From the NCBI RefSeq assembly GCF_009914755.1, contig NC_060930.1: a stretch of DNA of 64,000 nt. One strand, written 5' to 3'. This document shows, piece after piece, positions 31,192 through 46,724 of the stretch. Below the pieces are notes generated by a model, which ran no database searches, was not told the DNA's origin, and worked only from the letters and a program-made list of their open reading frames with translations. Source of the stretch: the human T2T-CHM13v2.0 reference genome, Homo sapiens. Position 1 is the first letter of the stretch; the number at the start of each line of letters is the position of its first letter. The position numbers and the translations under genes were made by a program.

Positions 31192-31666
31192 TATGTTCAT
31201 TGCAGCTCTATTCACAACAGCAAAGACATGAAATCAATCTAAGTGCCAATCGATGATAGACTGGAAAAAAATGTGGTGCATATACACAGTGGAATAGTAT
31301 GCAACCACAAAAAAGAATGAGATCATGTCCTTTGCAGGGATATGGATGGAGCTGGAGGCCATTGTCCTTAGCAAACTAAGGAACAGAAAACCAAATACCT
31401 CATGTTCTTACTTATAAGCAGGAGCTAAATGATGAGAACATATGGACATACAGAAGGAAAAAACACGCACTGGTTCCTTTTGGAGGATGAAGGTGGGAGG
31501 AGGGAGAGGATCAGGAAAAATAACTAATGGGTACTAGGCTTAATACCTGGGTAATGAAATAATCTGTACAACAGCCCCCATGACATATCTTTACCTATGT
31601 AACAAACCTGCACTTGTACCTACTAAATTTAAAATAGAAGTTAAAATAAAATAATAAAATAAAATA
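31192..31666 (+). mobile_element. 5'-truncated older L1PA (about PA11-16) 3' end
   Basis: GGATCAGGAAAAATAACTAATGGGTACTAGGCTTAATACCTGGG; (TAAAA)n tail. TSD AAGAATATTATAATTCT (31152-31168) / AAGGATATTATAATTCT (31667-31683). Confidence 0.9.
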
Positions 31667-32495
31667 AAGGATATTATAATTCTAACCGCATCTTCTCATA
31701 TTCAACAGAAATTTCTCCATTTTTGTCAGAAGTGGATATTGCATCCACCAAGAGCTCTCTCTCTCTCTCTAACAATTTGACTATTTTTATAACCTTCTTC
31801 TTTCATAGCATTTCTCTTAGTTTCTTGAATTGCACACTTTCTTTCTCACCAAAAACAAACTCTCTGGCATTTTGGATCATATTTAGTTACCATCTCTCAA
31901 TATCCAATATAACTAATGGTCTCAGGTTTTTCAACACTCAACTTCATGGAAATAACTATGCGCAATTTTTTTTCTAGTAATGTTATACAAGTTTATGGTG
32001 TCTAAGGAAAATTATATTTAAAAGAAGAAAACAAAATGACATGACTATGACATGACATTACTATCCTGTTTGGAACAATAAAACACATTTACATTTGATA
32101 GCAAATTCCAACTGCAATTTGCCTAGATGAATCTGCTTTTCTAAGGAAAGATAAGACAATTAAATTTTTGTGTGAGTGAGATAAGTGACTCTCTAGAAGC
32201 TCAGGTATAGAAAAATAGTTAATATTCTAAAGAAACAAATATGTAATCTGGAAAAAGAGATATAAAATACTACAAGTTAAGCTATAATGCTTAAAATTTA
32301 AATCCATGACTATAATAAATTATCAAAATTTATACAACTGATGAAATTTTGTGTCATATTCAATTCAATATAACAAAAATAGAAGTTGCAAACCTAACAC
32401 TGTTCTAAACATAAGAAATAATGTAATATTACTTTGGATGGATATTCTTTTATAGCATTAAAACATATTCAGGGACAATTTGACTTCCTCTTTTC

Positions 32496-34980
<2,485 letters not shown>

Positions 34981-36204
34981 TGGTAGAAAATTTTCACAAC
35001 CTACTCATCTGACAAAGGTCTAATATCCAGAATCTACAATGAACTCAAACGAATTTACAGGAAAAAAACAAACAACCCCATCAACAAGTGGGCGAAGGAT
35101 ATGAACAGACACTTCTCAAAAGAAGACATTTATGCAGCCAAAAGACACATGAAAAAATGCTCATCATCACTGGCCATCAGAGAAATGCAAATCAAAACCA
35201 CAATGAGATACCATCTCACACCAGTTAGAATGGCGATCATTAAAAAGTCAGGAAACAAGAGGTGCTGGAGAGGATGTGGAGAAATAGGAACACTTTTACA
35301 CTGCTGGTGGGACTGTAAACTAGTTCAACCATTGTGGAAGTCAGTGTGGTGATTCATCAAGGATCTAGAACTAGAAATACCATTTGACCCAGCCATCCCA
35401 TTACTGGGTATATACCCAAAGGATTATAAATCATGCTGCTATAAAGACACATGCACACGTATGTTTATTGCGGCACTATTCACAATAGCAAAGACTTGGA
35501 ACCAACCCACATGTCCAACAACGATAGACTGGATTAAGAAAATGTGGCACACATACACCATGGAATACTATGCAGCCATAAAAAAGGATGAGTTCATGTC
35601 CTTTGTAGGGACATGGATGAAGCTGGAAACCATCATTCTCAGCAAACTATCTCAAGGACAAAAAACCAAACACTGCATGTTCTCACTCATAGGTGGGAAT
35701 TGAACAATGAGAACACATGGACACAGGAAGGGGAACATCACACTCCAGGGCCTGTTGTGGGGTGGGGGGAGGAGGGAGGGATAGCATTAGGAGATATACC
35801 TAATGCTAAATGACCAGTTAATTGGTGCAGCACACCAACATGGAACATGTATACATATGTAACAATCCTGCACATTGTGCACATGTACCCTAAAACTTAA
35901 AATATAATAATAATAAAATTAAAAAATACATATTCAGGTGAAATGTGACATTATCATTTATTATAGGATACCAAATACTGAACTTTAGGTTGTTTTTTTA
36001 AAATTTACTATGTATAGCCTTCTTAATTCTATCATCATCTTCTATGCATTAGGATACTCTTAAAAATGCAGAAGGAATTTTAAACTCAGGATCCATTAGT
36101 CTAGAATCATGATTCTAAATCTAGACTAGATGTAAATGAACATTTAATTTCATTCTTTTGATTAACTATGATCTTGCCTTCATATTGAGCTGAACTGGAG
36201 GGAA

Positions 36205-36740
36205 GACATTTCATTCTTTCATTTATTCAAAAACATTTATCAATTATATATTAGGTTCAACATACTGAAATAAATACAAAGCAGAATAAAGCAGGGTTTT
36301 GACTCAATAGTGAAAGAGCTAAGGTTTGAGGATAATAATTCTGATAAAGGGAAAAAGAAGATATTTGATGTAGGTGGGGCTGAAGTGCAAGCCTCTTTAG
36401 GTGATGCAGATTGTTTCTAACTGAGAGCTTCAAAGATTACACTGGAGGAGATGAGGTTCAAGATGACATTAAAGGAAGTAGACGGGCCATTTTAAATGGA
36501 GAAAAGGTGTAGAGCAGAGTCATATAGGCCAGTGACTTGGCAATGTTTAGGAAAGAGCAAATATTTAAGTTTAAATAGTGTTTTAGGCTTGTTAAAAGCA
36601 GGGGCAGATTACTGCAAGATTCTGAAGGTCCCTAAAGAGTAGCCTAGAGAGAATGAATTTTTACTTTTTTAGGCAGTAGGGAGTCGCCAAAGGCTGGAGA
36701 AAAGTTTGGTTGATTAGAGCTGTGCTGTACTAAGATGACT
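36205..36740 (-). mobile_element. L2 fragment
   Basis: TTCATTCTTTCATTTATTCAAAAACATTTAT end and GATGACTCTCTGGCTGC motif. Confidence 0.55.
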
Positions 36741-36754
36741 CTCTGGCTGCCAAT

Positions 36755-37250
36755 GTCACACCTAAGTCAGATCATGCCAACCCTCTGACCTGAGCCCTGC
36801 GGTGACCATCCATCTCATTCACAGTAAAAGAAGAGTTGAGGTCCAGGATCCTCCCACTCTCCTTTTTACTCAGGAAATTCAGCCACGCTGGCATCTGTGC
36901 TAAACCAGATTCACAGCGTTGTTTCTGGCTGTCCTCAGCCTGGGATGCCCTCCTCTCTCACAGCCACATGTCTCTCTCTCTCTACTGTGAATTTTTTGCT
37001 CCAACATCACCTTCTCAATGGGCAAATCTGACTACAATTATAACACTTTTCTCCACTGGGATCCCCATCCCTGGGATCCCTACTATAAAAGGCCCCACAT
37101 ATCACAAACACACAAAATAAATTTACTAAAATGCCCATGGGTGCCTCTGTCACTCAGGATCCAGTACCTAGTGCTGGTACATGATAACCCACAACCCCAA
37201 ACAGCTTATCTTGTGACTAGCAGCATTCAGTCTAGTGATTGCCTGAATGA
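36755..37250 (+). mobile_element. L2 fragment
   Basis: GTCAGATCATGCCAACCCTCTG...CTGTCCTCAGCCTGGGATGCCCT...CCAGTACCTAG. Confidence 0.6.
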
Positions 37251-40200
37251 GCAGAAACTTTGCGGGATGTGTCAGTCATAACTTCAAATATGGATGCTGC
37301 TTTAGAGTAGGAGGAAGATTTGAATAGAGAACTCACGTAAGAGAAATGATTCATTTATTAACTTGTCAAGTTCATTTTTTTAAGATAATATGGATGCTGT
37401 TTCTTGTGTAAAGAAGTATAACTTTCTTGTAGTGGCAAACATCCACTTGCTTGCTTTGCTTTGTTTTCTAATTTGTATTCCAGATGTACTCACAAATGAG
37501 CCTGGTATTTATAAAGAGCAGTTGAGAAACAGTCTGCAATACTAAGTACTTCATATTACTTTAAAATTTTAAATACCTATTTGAACAAATATGTATATGC
37601 CCATATATAATCTAAACAATATATACGACGTGTGTGTGATACTGATTATCTGTGGATAGAGATACTGCTTCAAAAACTTACAAAAATACAATAAAATGAT
37701 AGAAATTTATAAGAAAATTAAAATGTCTGTAATATTTTCTGCTTAATGAAATTTTATCATGTGACCTGGTTATTGTGTTTGAACATGACATGTAAAGTTA
37801 TTTGTTCATTTTAAATGTAAATATGGCTTTAAGGATTTCCTCAAGAAATATAGTTGTTACTGTCTTAACAGAGCAGATATTCCAAAGTGAAATTCCTCTT
37901 AAAAGAAAAAAAAACTATCCAAAAACTTCAATGGCTCAGTAGTAATTGCCTAGTCAGCCATTACTATCAATAAAATGTAAATTATGTGGAAATTCTGATT
38001 TTATCAACCTAGTGATTTTGTTGAAATGAAGACAATAAATTTTATGAAACAAATGCACAATAAATTATGTATGTATTTTTAAGTACTCATCCAAACATCA
38101 GTGACCTATCAATAAAACACCCAGGAATGTGCAATAAAAAGTAAATTTAGAAGTTTTGATATTTTGCTTAATTTTAATCACATAAAATCATGTGTGATTT
38201 TACATACAATATATGTAAAAATTTTATTATGATGATATTTTATCAAGGTGAGATGACAAATGTAATTCATACAATAGTTTGTCTGCTTGATTTACGAATT
38301 TTAAATATTTAGATGAAAGGCGTGAGAATTTCCACAGGTATCCTTGCACTGGCATTGCAGAAGTGAAAGATGGGACTACAGATTTCCTAAAGAATTACAC
38401 TGCTTTCCTAGGAATCTTGGGTTATGGATACATGTGGGGTCATGAGAAAGAGTCATGTAGGGGAAAATGGTCAGATAGTTTCTGCCTCTGTTTTTCCTTA
38501 GAAAGAGAGGTAGGGTCACACACAAGATTCTACCAAGACCTGACATTTTAAAAAATGAAAATTTCAGCACCACAAATGAGCAAATAATGAAATAAATATT
38601 TACTAGGGAGATGATAACTAATATTTGTTGAATATGCCAAGAAAAGCTCTGCTCTGAATTATTATGTGACAGGAATAATTCTAGGCACAATACATGTTAT
38701 ACAATTTAACAACAAGAAAACACTGTGAAGTAGGAGGGTATTATTCTTATTTTTAAAAAGAGAACCCTCTAGATAGAATGGTAAGCAATTTCTTAAAATC
38801 CTAGTTATCTCACTTGGGCCTTGTTATTCCTTGATTACTTTTCTTCCTATTTTTTTTTCCTAATATTCCATGGGCCTCGGGGCCTCATCCCCCTCTCTCC
38901 TCCTCTATGTAAATGACTCAATTCCAAAAGATATTTTTTTCCAAGTTTACTGTGTTGAAATAGTAATATGTAGTATCTCTGACCCTCTTCTTTCCAATTG
39001 TTCCCTAAGTAAGAGGCCACATTCTTTTCATTTTAAGGGTTAAATTGTGAATCATTACAGAGAGGTAAAAAGAAAGGTGATAGCAAAATGAATAAACATA
39101 GGCAGTCTATAAAATTTATGAAGATTTTTACTGTCATATTGTCATAGTGCCCAGTTGGTAGTTCTTTTTTTCCTATGAGGTACTAAATGTTAAACTTCTA
39201 TCCTCAGGTTTTTATTATTTGTTTTTGTTGTTTTGATTTTTTATTTTTGTTTTGTTTTGTCTTGTTTTTTGTTTTGAAGGTGAGCTTCAGCATTCTTGCT
39301 CTTCCCTCACTGCTCCTTCAAAGTCCAATCACTGCCTTTAGGAAAAGACCACTTAAAAAATCTTCCTTGTGGTGGACCTTCTCCCTAGTATGCATTTACT
39401 CAGAGAAAAACATAATAATCAATTCTGGCAATGTAATCGGTCTTCAAATTGTCTCACATGGGCTTCTTGCATCTCGGTGAGCCTCTGGACTAGGTGACTC
39501 CAAGTTCACTGCACCTCAGTCTGGTTTAGGAAAGATCCCTCTAGGGCATCTTATCATAGCCACAAAGCAAATTGGTAAAGTAAAAGCTGTATTTATCACG
39601 CCCAAAGCTGTTCTCATTCTTCCACATTTCTGGTCTCTTCTGTATTGACTCTTTCAAGTCCTTCAGGCTGTGTTGGAGTCCGCGACCCAAGCAACTGACT
39701 GCTGCTGATAGTTTCCTGTGTGCCCTTCAGCTCTTGGGCCTATCACATGACACAAACCAGCACGGAGGAGGCCTCACAGAGTGCTTGGGATTATTCTCCA
39801 TACAGTGAATGATAGTGATCACCCATGAATATCTCTAGGTCCCCATTTAGAAGGCTACATCCTAAGCACACAGAAAGCATAAAGGATGGTGGAGAGAGAG
39901 CAATGGGAATATAACACGTCTTTTTGAGCATTCTAGATTTCCAGCATATATATACCTGAGTTCTGTTTCATGGTGAAAATGAAGGCTGAAGAGCTCCAAC
40001 TGAGCTGCAGCTGCAGGGAGAATTTTTTGCATGGGGCTGTAGGCAGAAGTCAAGCCACAAAAGTATGATCCTGTGTTCCTAACTTCTACTTTGGTTTAGC
40101 CATGGAATTTGGAAGTATTCAAGTAACATTTCCTAAGATTATGTTTTAATTTTTGAGATTTCTCTGAATGTATGATTTGAATATTCACTTGAAAATCCAG

Positions 40201-40344
40201 TGTTTCAACTTTATTAGGAAAACTTGAGGAATAATTTTAACTGTTAATTTTTCTTCCTTTTACAAGTAAGCTCATAGGATATTTATTTCAGTGTATTTTC
40301 CAATAATAAAACACAATAATGAACTAAAAAAAATAGTACATCCA

Positions 40345-40538
40345 CTCAGGGAGGCCTGGGTTCAAATTCTGGCTTTGTTTTTATTATGTGACATTGTATA
40401 ACTTCTACTCTAGGAATCTCAGTTTCTTTAACTATAAAATGAAAATCATGTAATATGACTTGCAGATTTTGTAAAATAATGTGTCAAAGTACCTATTACA
40501 GTGATCCTATTACATAGTTAGCATTTAGTAAATATTAG
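40345..40538 (+). mobile_element. MIR
   Basis: CCTGGGTTCAAATTCTGGCT...CTCAGTTTCTTTAACTATAAAATG...TAGTAAATATTAG. Confidence 0.75.
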
Positions 40539-41478
40539 TCAAATATGAATTTGACTATCTGGAGATAAGTTAAAGTATTTATGAAGGACCTACAATAGGC
40601 TAGACAGTGGGGTTCCAAAAATAGAAATATGCTGTTTAATATTATTTAAGACCACAGCCTGTAAGGAGGGAAGACCTGTAAACCAATAATTACAAAACAA
40701 CGTAATGTGTGATTAGGTGATATTATGAATGCCTTCATCCCAGGTCCATTTTTATTTATTCAGAGAATCAGCCACACTTCCTCTCAAGGGCTTTGATATA
40801 AATATTCACCACAAAGATAGTTAATTAAAGAAGTACATTTTACTAATTGTAGAACACTAGGGACCATTTATTTTTGTCTGGAAAGTCAAATATAGGCTGT
40901 CTCTTTCCACTGTGCAAAGCCCATCCCCAACCCTGTACCTGAACCTTGGATTTTTTTTTCTCATATATTTAAGAAAGCACAATCCTGTATACATTAGCAA
41001 GAAGCAAGGGAAAATTTTTCCCATAGCTGAGCAGTTTTAGCTGAGATCACAAACCTGAAGGGCAGGAAGACAGAGACTTCCATTGGAAGGGCAGGTAAGT
41101 CAGAGCAAAGAGCATGTATAAATTTGAAGGTGGATGACAGTGTGCCATGGTTTCATCTGGGGAAAAGCGGGGAGCTCAATACTGCTAGCACAAAGTTCAG
41201 GTAAGAAGCATCAAGAGATGAAACTGCCGGAGTAAATAGGGGTCAGTCCCTGGAGGTTTTTCATGCCTCATCAAAGAATTCACTTTATCTTGTGGGCAAT
41301 GAGGGCTTATTGAAAGATGATAAGCAAGCAAGGGATATAAGCATAAACACACTTTATAAAGACAAGTTTGCCATGAGTGAGAGGAACTTGGAGGGAGGGA
41401 ACTGAAATGAAGAAAAAGATAATGATTATTGCAATAGTGCAGGTGGAAAATCTTGAGAATCTGAATATTAACATTCTT

Positions 41479-41588
41479 TTTCTTCTTTTTTCTTTTTTTT
41501 TTTTTTTTTTGAGACAGAGTTTCACTCTTGTTGCCCAGGATGGAGTGCAATGGCATGATCTTGGCTCACTGCAACCTCTGCCTCCTGG
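41479..41588 (-). mobile_element. Severely 5'-truncated Alu (AluSq/Sp-type 3' end, 78 nt plus tail)
   Basis: GAGACAGAGTTTCACTCTTGTTGCCCAGG. TSD TGAATATTAACATTCTT (41462-41478) / TGAACATTAACATCCTT (41589-41605). Confidence 0.92.
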
Positions 41589-43069
41589 TGAACATTAACA
41601 TCCTTAAGGTTGCAAAACTAGCAGTTTTCAGACCCAGGGCTCATATCCAGTTCTTATACCATGATCAAAGATTCATCAGCTTACCCTGAAGTTGTCAAAG
41701 ATAAGTTAGGATTAATGAAGATCCAAGCTATGTGACTGTTAGCAAGTGACTCAAACTACATGCTTCTCATCTGGAAAATAAGACTTTTTTTTTAAGGAAG
41801 GAACTTTTTCACATAAAATTTTTAAGAGATATAAGGTCCATAAAACAGTCTTTCATTTGGTACCAGAACAAGAGCATGTAACAGTCTCTGTTCCAGGTAC
41901 AATGGTGGCTGAGAGTGGTAATGTGGCATTATGTCATAATGTAGCTCCAGGAAATACTCATGCAGCCTCCTCTCGACTCACCGCACTGCTCCTCCCAACC
42001 CCACTTCTCCGCCCAACCCCAGTTCTCTAGGTGTTAGCTGGGCTGCCCACCATGCTAGGCAGAGCAGCTCAATCACACTGATCATTACATCAGTGGAAGC
42101 TGAGCTTGCAGAGGAGTTCAGTAGAGATGGCACAGTTGATGTAGTAGATAGGATTGTTGATAAGACTATGAAATGCTTCCAAGGTACCCCAGAAGTGATT
42201 ATGGGTAAGCCAGGCATACAATTTCTAGGAATATCTATAGGTCCAAATATTTCACTGATGGCAATTTCAGTGAGAAAATCTTTCATGTTCCTGAAATTTG
42301 TAATCTTCTATGTTACTGAATAATTGCAATCTATTAAAATGTTTATCTGAAACATATTTTAACTTTTATTTTATTTTTGGGAAAGATGATGCCTACCTCA
42401 AGGGCCACTGTTAAGCTGATAATCACTTGAAAGTAGAGGAAGCCTTGATGCTAAAAACAACTTGATCTCTACCTCCAGTGAAGCAACCAGTAGTCATCCC
42501 ACATGAGGGAATTCAAATAACAGAATGTTTTAAAATTGCAGTCTTCACTTATAAACTGCCTACTTCCCAGGTGTCTGGCACGGCTCTGCTGATTAGGGCC
42601 TTTGGGGTCAGGCCACTTCGAGAGCAGGAAAGACAGGCTTGGAGAACTGCCTCTTCAAAGCCCTAATCTGTCTATCTCACCTGTCAGCCCTTGTAGAAAC
42701 TTCACTTCTGACTGAGGAAATCACATTCCTTAATGATACTCCCTCTGAACACATGGCCCTGACACTAGACTTATCCTGGGTTAATTTTTCTCCCTTTCAG
42801 CCTATTCCTGGACACTCCCTAACAGACATCTACTTCTCATCGCCTTCCCAACATTAACTGGATAGTAGAGCTTCTTGCCTCCATGACAAAATTCCTGCTT
42901 GAAATGCCCTCAGCTCCTTCTCCTGAATCCTGGTTGCTGAAACCTCAAGCTCTTGCTAAAGAACTCTTTGGGTGGAGGCAGCCCCAGAATGTGACTGCAG
43001 AAAGTTCCTGTCTGTTATCTGTTATAATCTCCAATGTTATTCTGGGATTCTAATTTTATCTTGAGATCA

Positions 43070-43355
43070 CATACACATATAGAATACATATATAATACAT
43101 ATACATATGTATATATAATACATGTATAATAGACATAATAAATTATTAGATATAAAAATATTATGTATTTTATATAGTATATTAATCATGTATTGATATT
43201 ATCATATTATGTATATAATATATCATATAATGTATCATGCTGGATACTATATGTGTTATATATTATATATACATATATGATATATGTATTACATTGTTAG
43301 AGATACATATATTATATTTATATATAATATATTATATAATATATGTATTTTATGT
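43070..43355. repeat. Degenerate (TA)n / AT-rich low-complexity tract
   Basis: Read directly. Confidence 0.9.
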
Positions 43356-43718
43356 GATGATACACACACAAACAACTAACAATTCTGAAGAGACAAATTT
43401 TCAGTATAAAAGGAAGAATATTTAGGGTCAATACAGCAAACATGAAAAACGTGCTGGGAACATCTCTTAGCTTCCAGTCTTTGGTGATCCTCAGGATTCT
43501 CAGTCCACATGAACACATAAAATGGTTAAAATGATTCTGTTTTACTGGGATGGCTTGAATTAGTTGCACATTCAAAGCATGTGTCACTGAAGGGCCTCAG
43601 GCTCTAGTAAATGTCCAAACACTGAGAGGTTACTATGTGTAAGACAGTCATTAGTACTTACGGAGTGGTAAAAAACATAGGCTTTGTTTCCTAACCAGGT
43701 TTCAATGTGGTGAGATTT

Positions 43719-43721
<3 letters not shown>

Positions 43722-43757
<36 letters not shown>
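43722..43757. repeat. (AC)18 microsatellite
   Basis: Read directly. Confidence 0.97.
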
Positions 43758-43759
<2 letters not shown>

Positions 43760-45944
43760 TTTACAATACAAAATGTATATTTATTTGCACTTATTTAAAA
43801 GAGTTTAAATTTAATAGTGCAACTTACTTTAAAAATATGTAAATCAAGATCTCCAGCTGATATTATGAATTCTTTTTGCAATGTTATTAAAATCCAGTTT
43901 ATTTGCTCATCCTCCCAAGATGATAAATCTCTAAACCTAAACAGCCACTTTTATTCTGATGATTAAGTGCCTTATGCATTAAAAAAAAGTTCCTCTGGGT
44001 TTAAGTTAATGAAATAATTCACTTAGATAAAAATATCCAAAGGAGTAGAAGCAGACTAAGGCAACACTAACATAATTAGATTTAAGGTTTGTTGTAAGTA
44101 AAATGTCTGTATGTAATGATATAAACTTTCATTTAGGACTAAACTCTAAATACAGATATATGGCCTGTGACATGTGCTATTCATCCAAGTCTTTAGAAGG
44201 ACATTTATCTTAAAATAAAATAAATTAAAATAATAAAAAACACATCCAAGTTACTACTTCCATGTTTGTCTTTGCTTCTTTTACCACAATATAGTAAAAT
44301 TTAACAGTACTTCTTGTTGAGGAACTCTATAATCTAGCAACTTAAAATATAATTCAATGCAACTAGGAAAATCAAATTAGGCATTTATGATCAATGTGAA
44401 AGGATCTTATCGACAATCTCAGGAAAATACATTTAGACCTTTTTATTTTACAGAAACTTTAAAACTTTGTTAGTTCTGATGAAGTAATGAGAAGAGAAGA
44501 TGTATCTCATACCCAAACTCAAAAGCATGTTTCAAAGACCATTAAGATGCAGTCATTTATTTAGCAAACAAATGCCTACTACGTGTGCTAAGGAATCAAA
44601 ATGAATCATAATCTTGTTGAGGGGATGGGAAATAATTAGGAAAAGATAAAATTATCTTTCTCTACAATGAAAAACATTTTTTCCTTCTGCTATGATCAAC
44701 AGAAGAATATCTATCATGTATTAATGAGTGATGGTTTTCCTATTAATCAACAATATTTATTTATGATAGCATAGCTATATAACTAATAACATAAGGAAGG
44801 AATAAATGAGATATATGAAAAATCTCAAATCTTGCCTATAGTGGACATTCTACAACACATTTTCTCTTGCTCATTTTTGCTTTTTCTATACAAATATTTA
44901 AAAATTGCATCACGATACATGTATGGCCTTACCACAACTAATCTTGTTTTTAGTGTCTTGTTTTTAGTGTCTAGAAGTTGTTTATTCTAGATACCACATT
45001 TTAATAGTTACCAATTCTAGATACCAATTTTAATAGTTTAGCTCTGTGAAGTTTGCTTCTGTATTCATTTTAAGTGAGAATAAGATTATCCTTTATATCA
45101 CTCAATATGCCCCATAGGAAGTTACACAATTGAAAATTTTATTGGAAGTTAGTACTTAGAAAAAAAGGTCTCTTAAAAACTATGAACCTCCTAGTTTTTG
45201 TGTCTCTCCCTGTGTTTCTCCTTTTGTTTTAAATTCAAGAAAGTGGAGTCAATGGGAAACTTAGATAAACTAGGCTTTTCACGTTTCTTCTTTCTCCATT
45301 CTTATGGTCCTCTCTCATTTCTTTTTTATATTCTAAGATATGCCTTCCAGTGAAGTTCTCACTCCAAAATCATTTTTAAAGAAATTAACACAAATAAATT
45401 AAACAAGAACAGAGTTTTAATGGAAAAAAAACTATAGTTTAGCAGGAGAGCAGGAGAGTACAATATCACATTAAAGGGATGAGGAGAACAAAGAAAAACA
45501 GGAATGGCCAAGCTTCTTTCCAAAAGACCAGTGAAAGCATGAAGACTCTGCAACCAACAGTGGTTGATAAATGCCCTGTTAGACATTACTTCTTTTGGGG
45601 GAATCTGCTAATGCTCAGACCAGCCAAACTCTCTGAAATATCACTTACCATGAGGACCTTATTTTAACATCACATGACTCATGGGATATGAAAATGTTTA
45701 GTTTTTATATCATACTTTCTCTCATGTATTATTCAAAATTTTTATTATATCATACTTTCATGTATTATTCAAAATTAAAATCATATAGGTAGAAGATGAT
45801 ATCTTCATATTATCTTGTCAGAAATTCAAAGAATAAAGTATTTTACAAAGCAAATTCTAATGAAAAATTACTTTCAAGAGAAATCAAGCATCAAATAAAT
45901 TTGAGTAAAATCTGTTGGTCAAAGACAGATCAATAACACTTGTG

Positions 45945-46280
45945 CATTTAATCACTTCCTTGCACTAAACCTGCTTCAATGGCTTCCCATTACCAACAGA
46001 GAAAACAAACGCACAAACAAACAAACAAACAAACGAAAACCATAAATTCCTTAGCTTGATATTTACCGTGGTCTAGAATCAGACCTAGTCAGAATCTAAT
46101 TTTCTTTTCTGGTTTCTTACCTCCCCACCAGCCCTTCTATACCCTTGGGCTCTAGAAACACCACGTGATGCTCATTTATCTGATCGTGCTGCATGCGTCT
46201 TTATCTGGATGCTTTCTTTAATGCCTTTCACTCTTCAGGAAATGCTCTTCCACATCCCTTTCACCTCTAGTGAATTGTGG
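45945..46280 (+). mobile_element. L2 fragment with embedded (CAAA)n
   Basis: TCACTTCCTTGCACTAAACCTGCTTCAATGGCTTCCCATT...GGAAATGCTCTTCC. Confidence 0.6.
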
Positions 46281-46329
46281 CCCCTCCGGATCATTGAGCA
46301 TCCGAACCCCCAGGAATCTTTACGAAAGG

Positions 46330-46724
46330 CTCAGTTTTTTTTTCCTGTTGCGTAAGAGAAAGATACCATATGCTTGCTTTTCTCTGTTTCAGCAGGAATA
46401 TGGACACTCATAATAGACTCTGCCTTTTTCATCTGTGGATAACAATGCAAAAAAGATGAACCAGGAAGAATTTGTTTCTGGCATCAGAGACAGTTGCAGC
46501 GCAAGAAAACATTCCCAACATTGTAGTGACAGCATTATGGTGGCATAAACAGAGGCTTATTCTCAAAGCATGATTTGGAGTCTTATGCCTGTCTGTATTG
46601 CCCTGGGGATGATTCCCTAGCCCTCCCAGAGATGCTGTGATGTCCTTAATATATTCCAACAAGTTCCTCTCCTGCTCAAATTAATTAGAGTACATTTCTG
46701 AAACTGAAGATCCTGGATGCTACA
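46330..46724 (+). mobile_element. Old ERVL-class LTR fragment (LTR16/33-like)
   Basis: 3' end AAGTTCCTCTCCTGCTCAAATTAATTAGAGTACATTTCTG...GATCCTGGATGCTACA resembles recalled ERVL LTR U5 ends. Confidence 0.4.
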
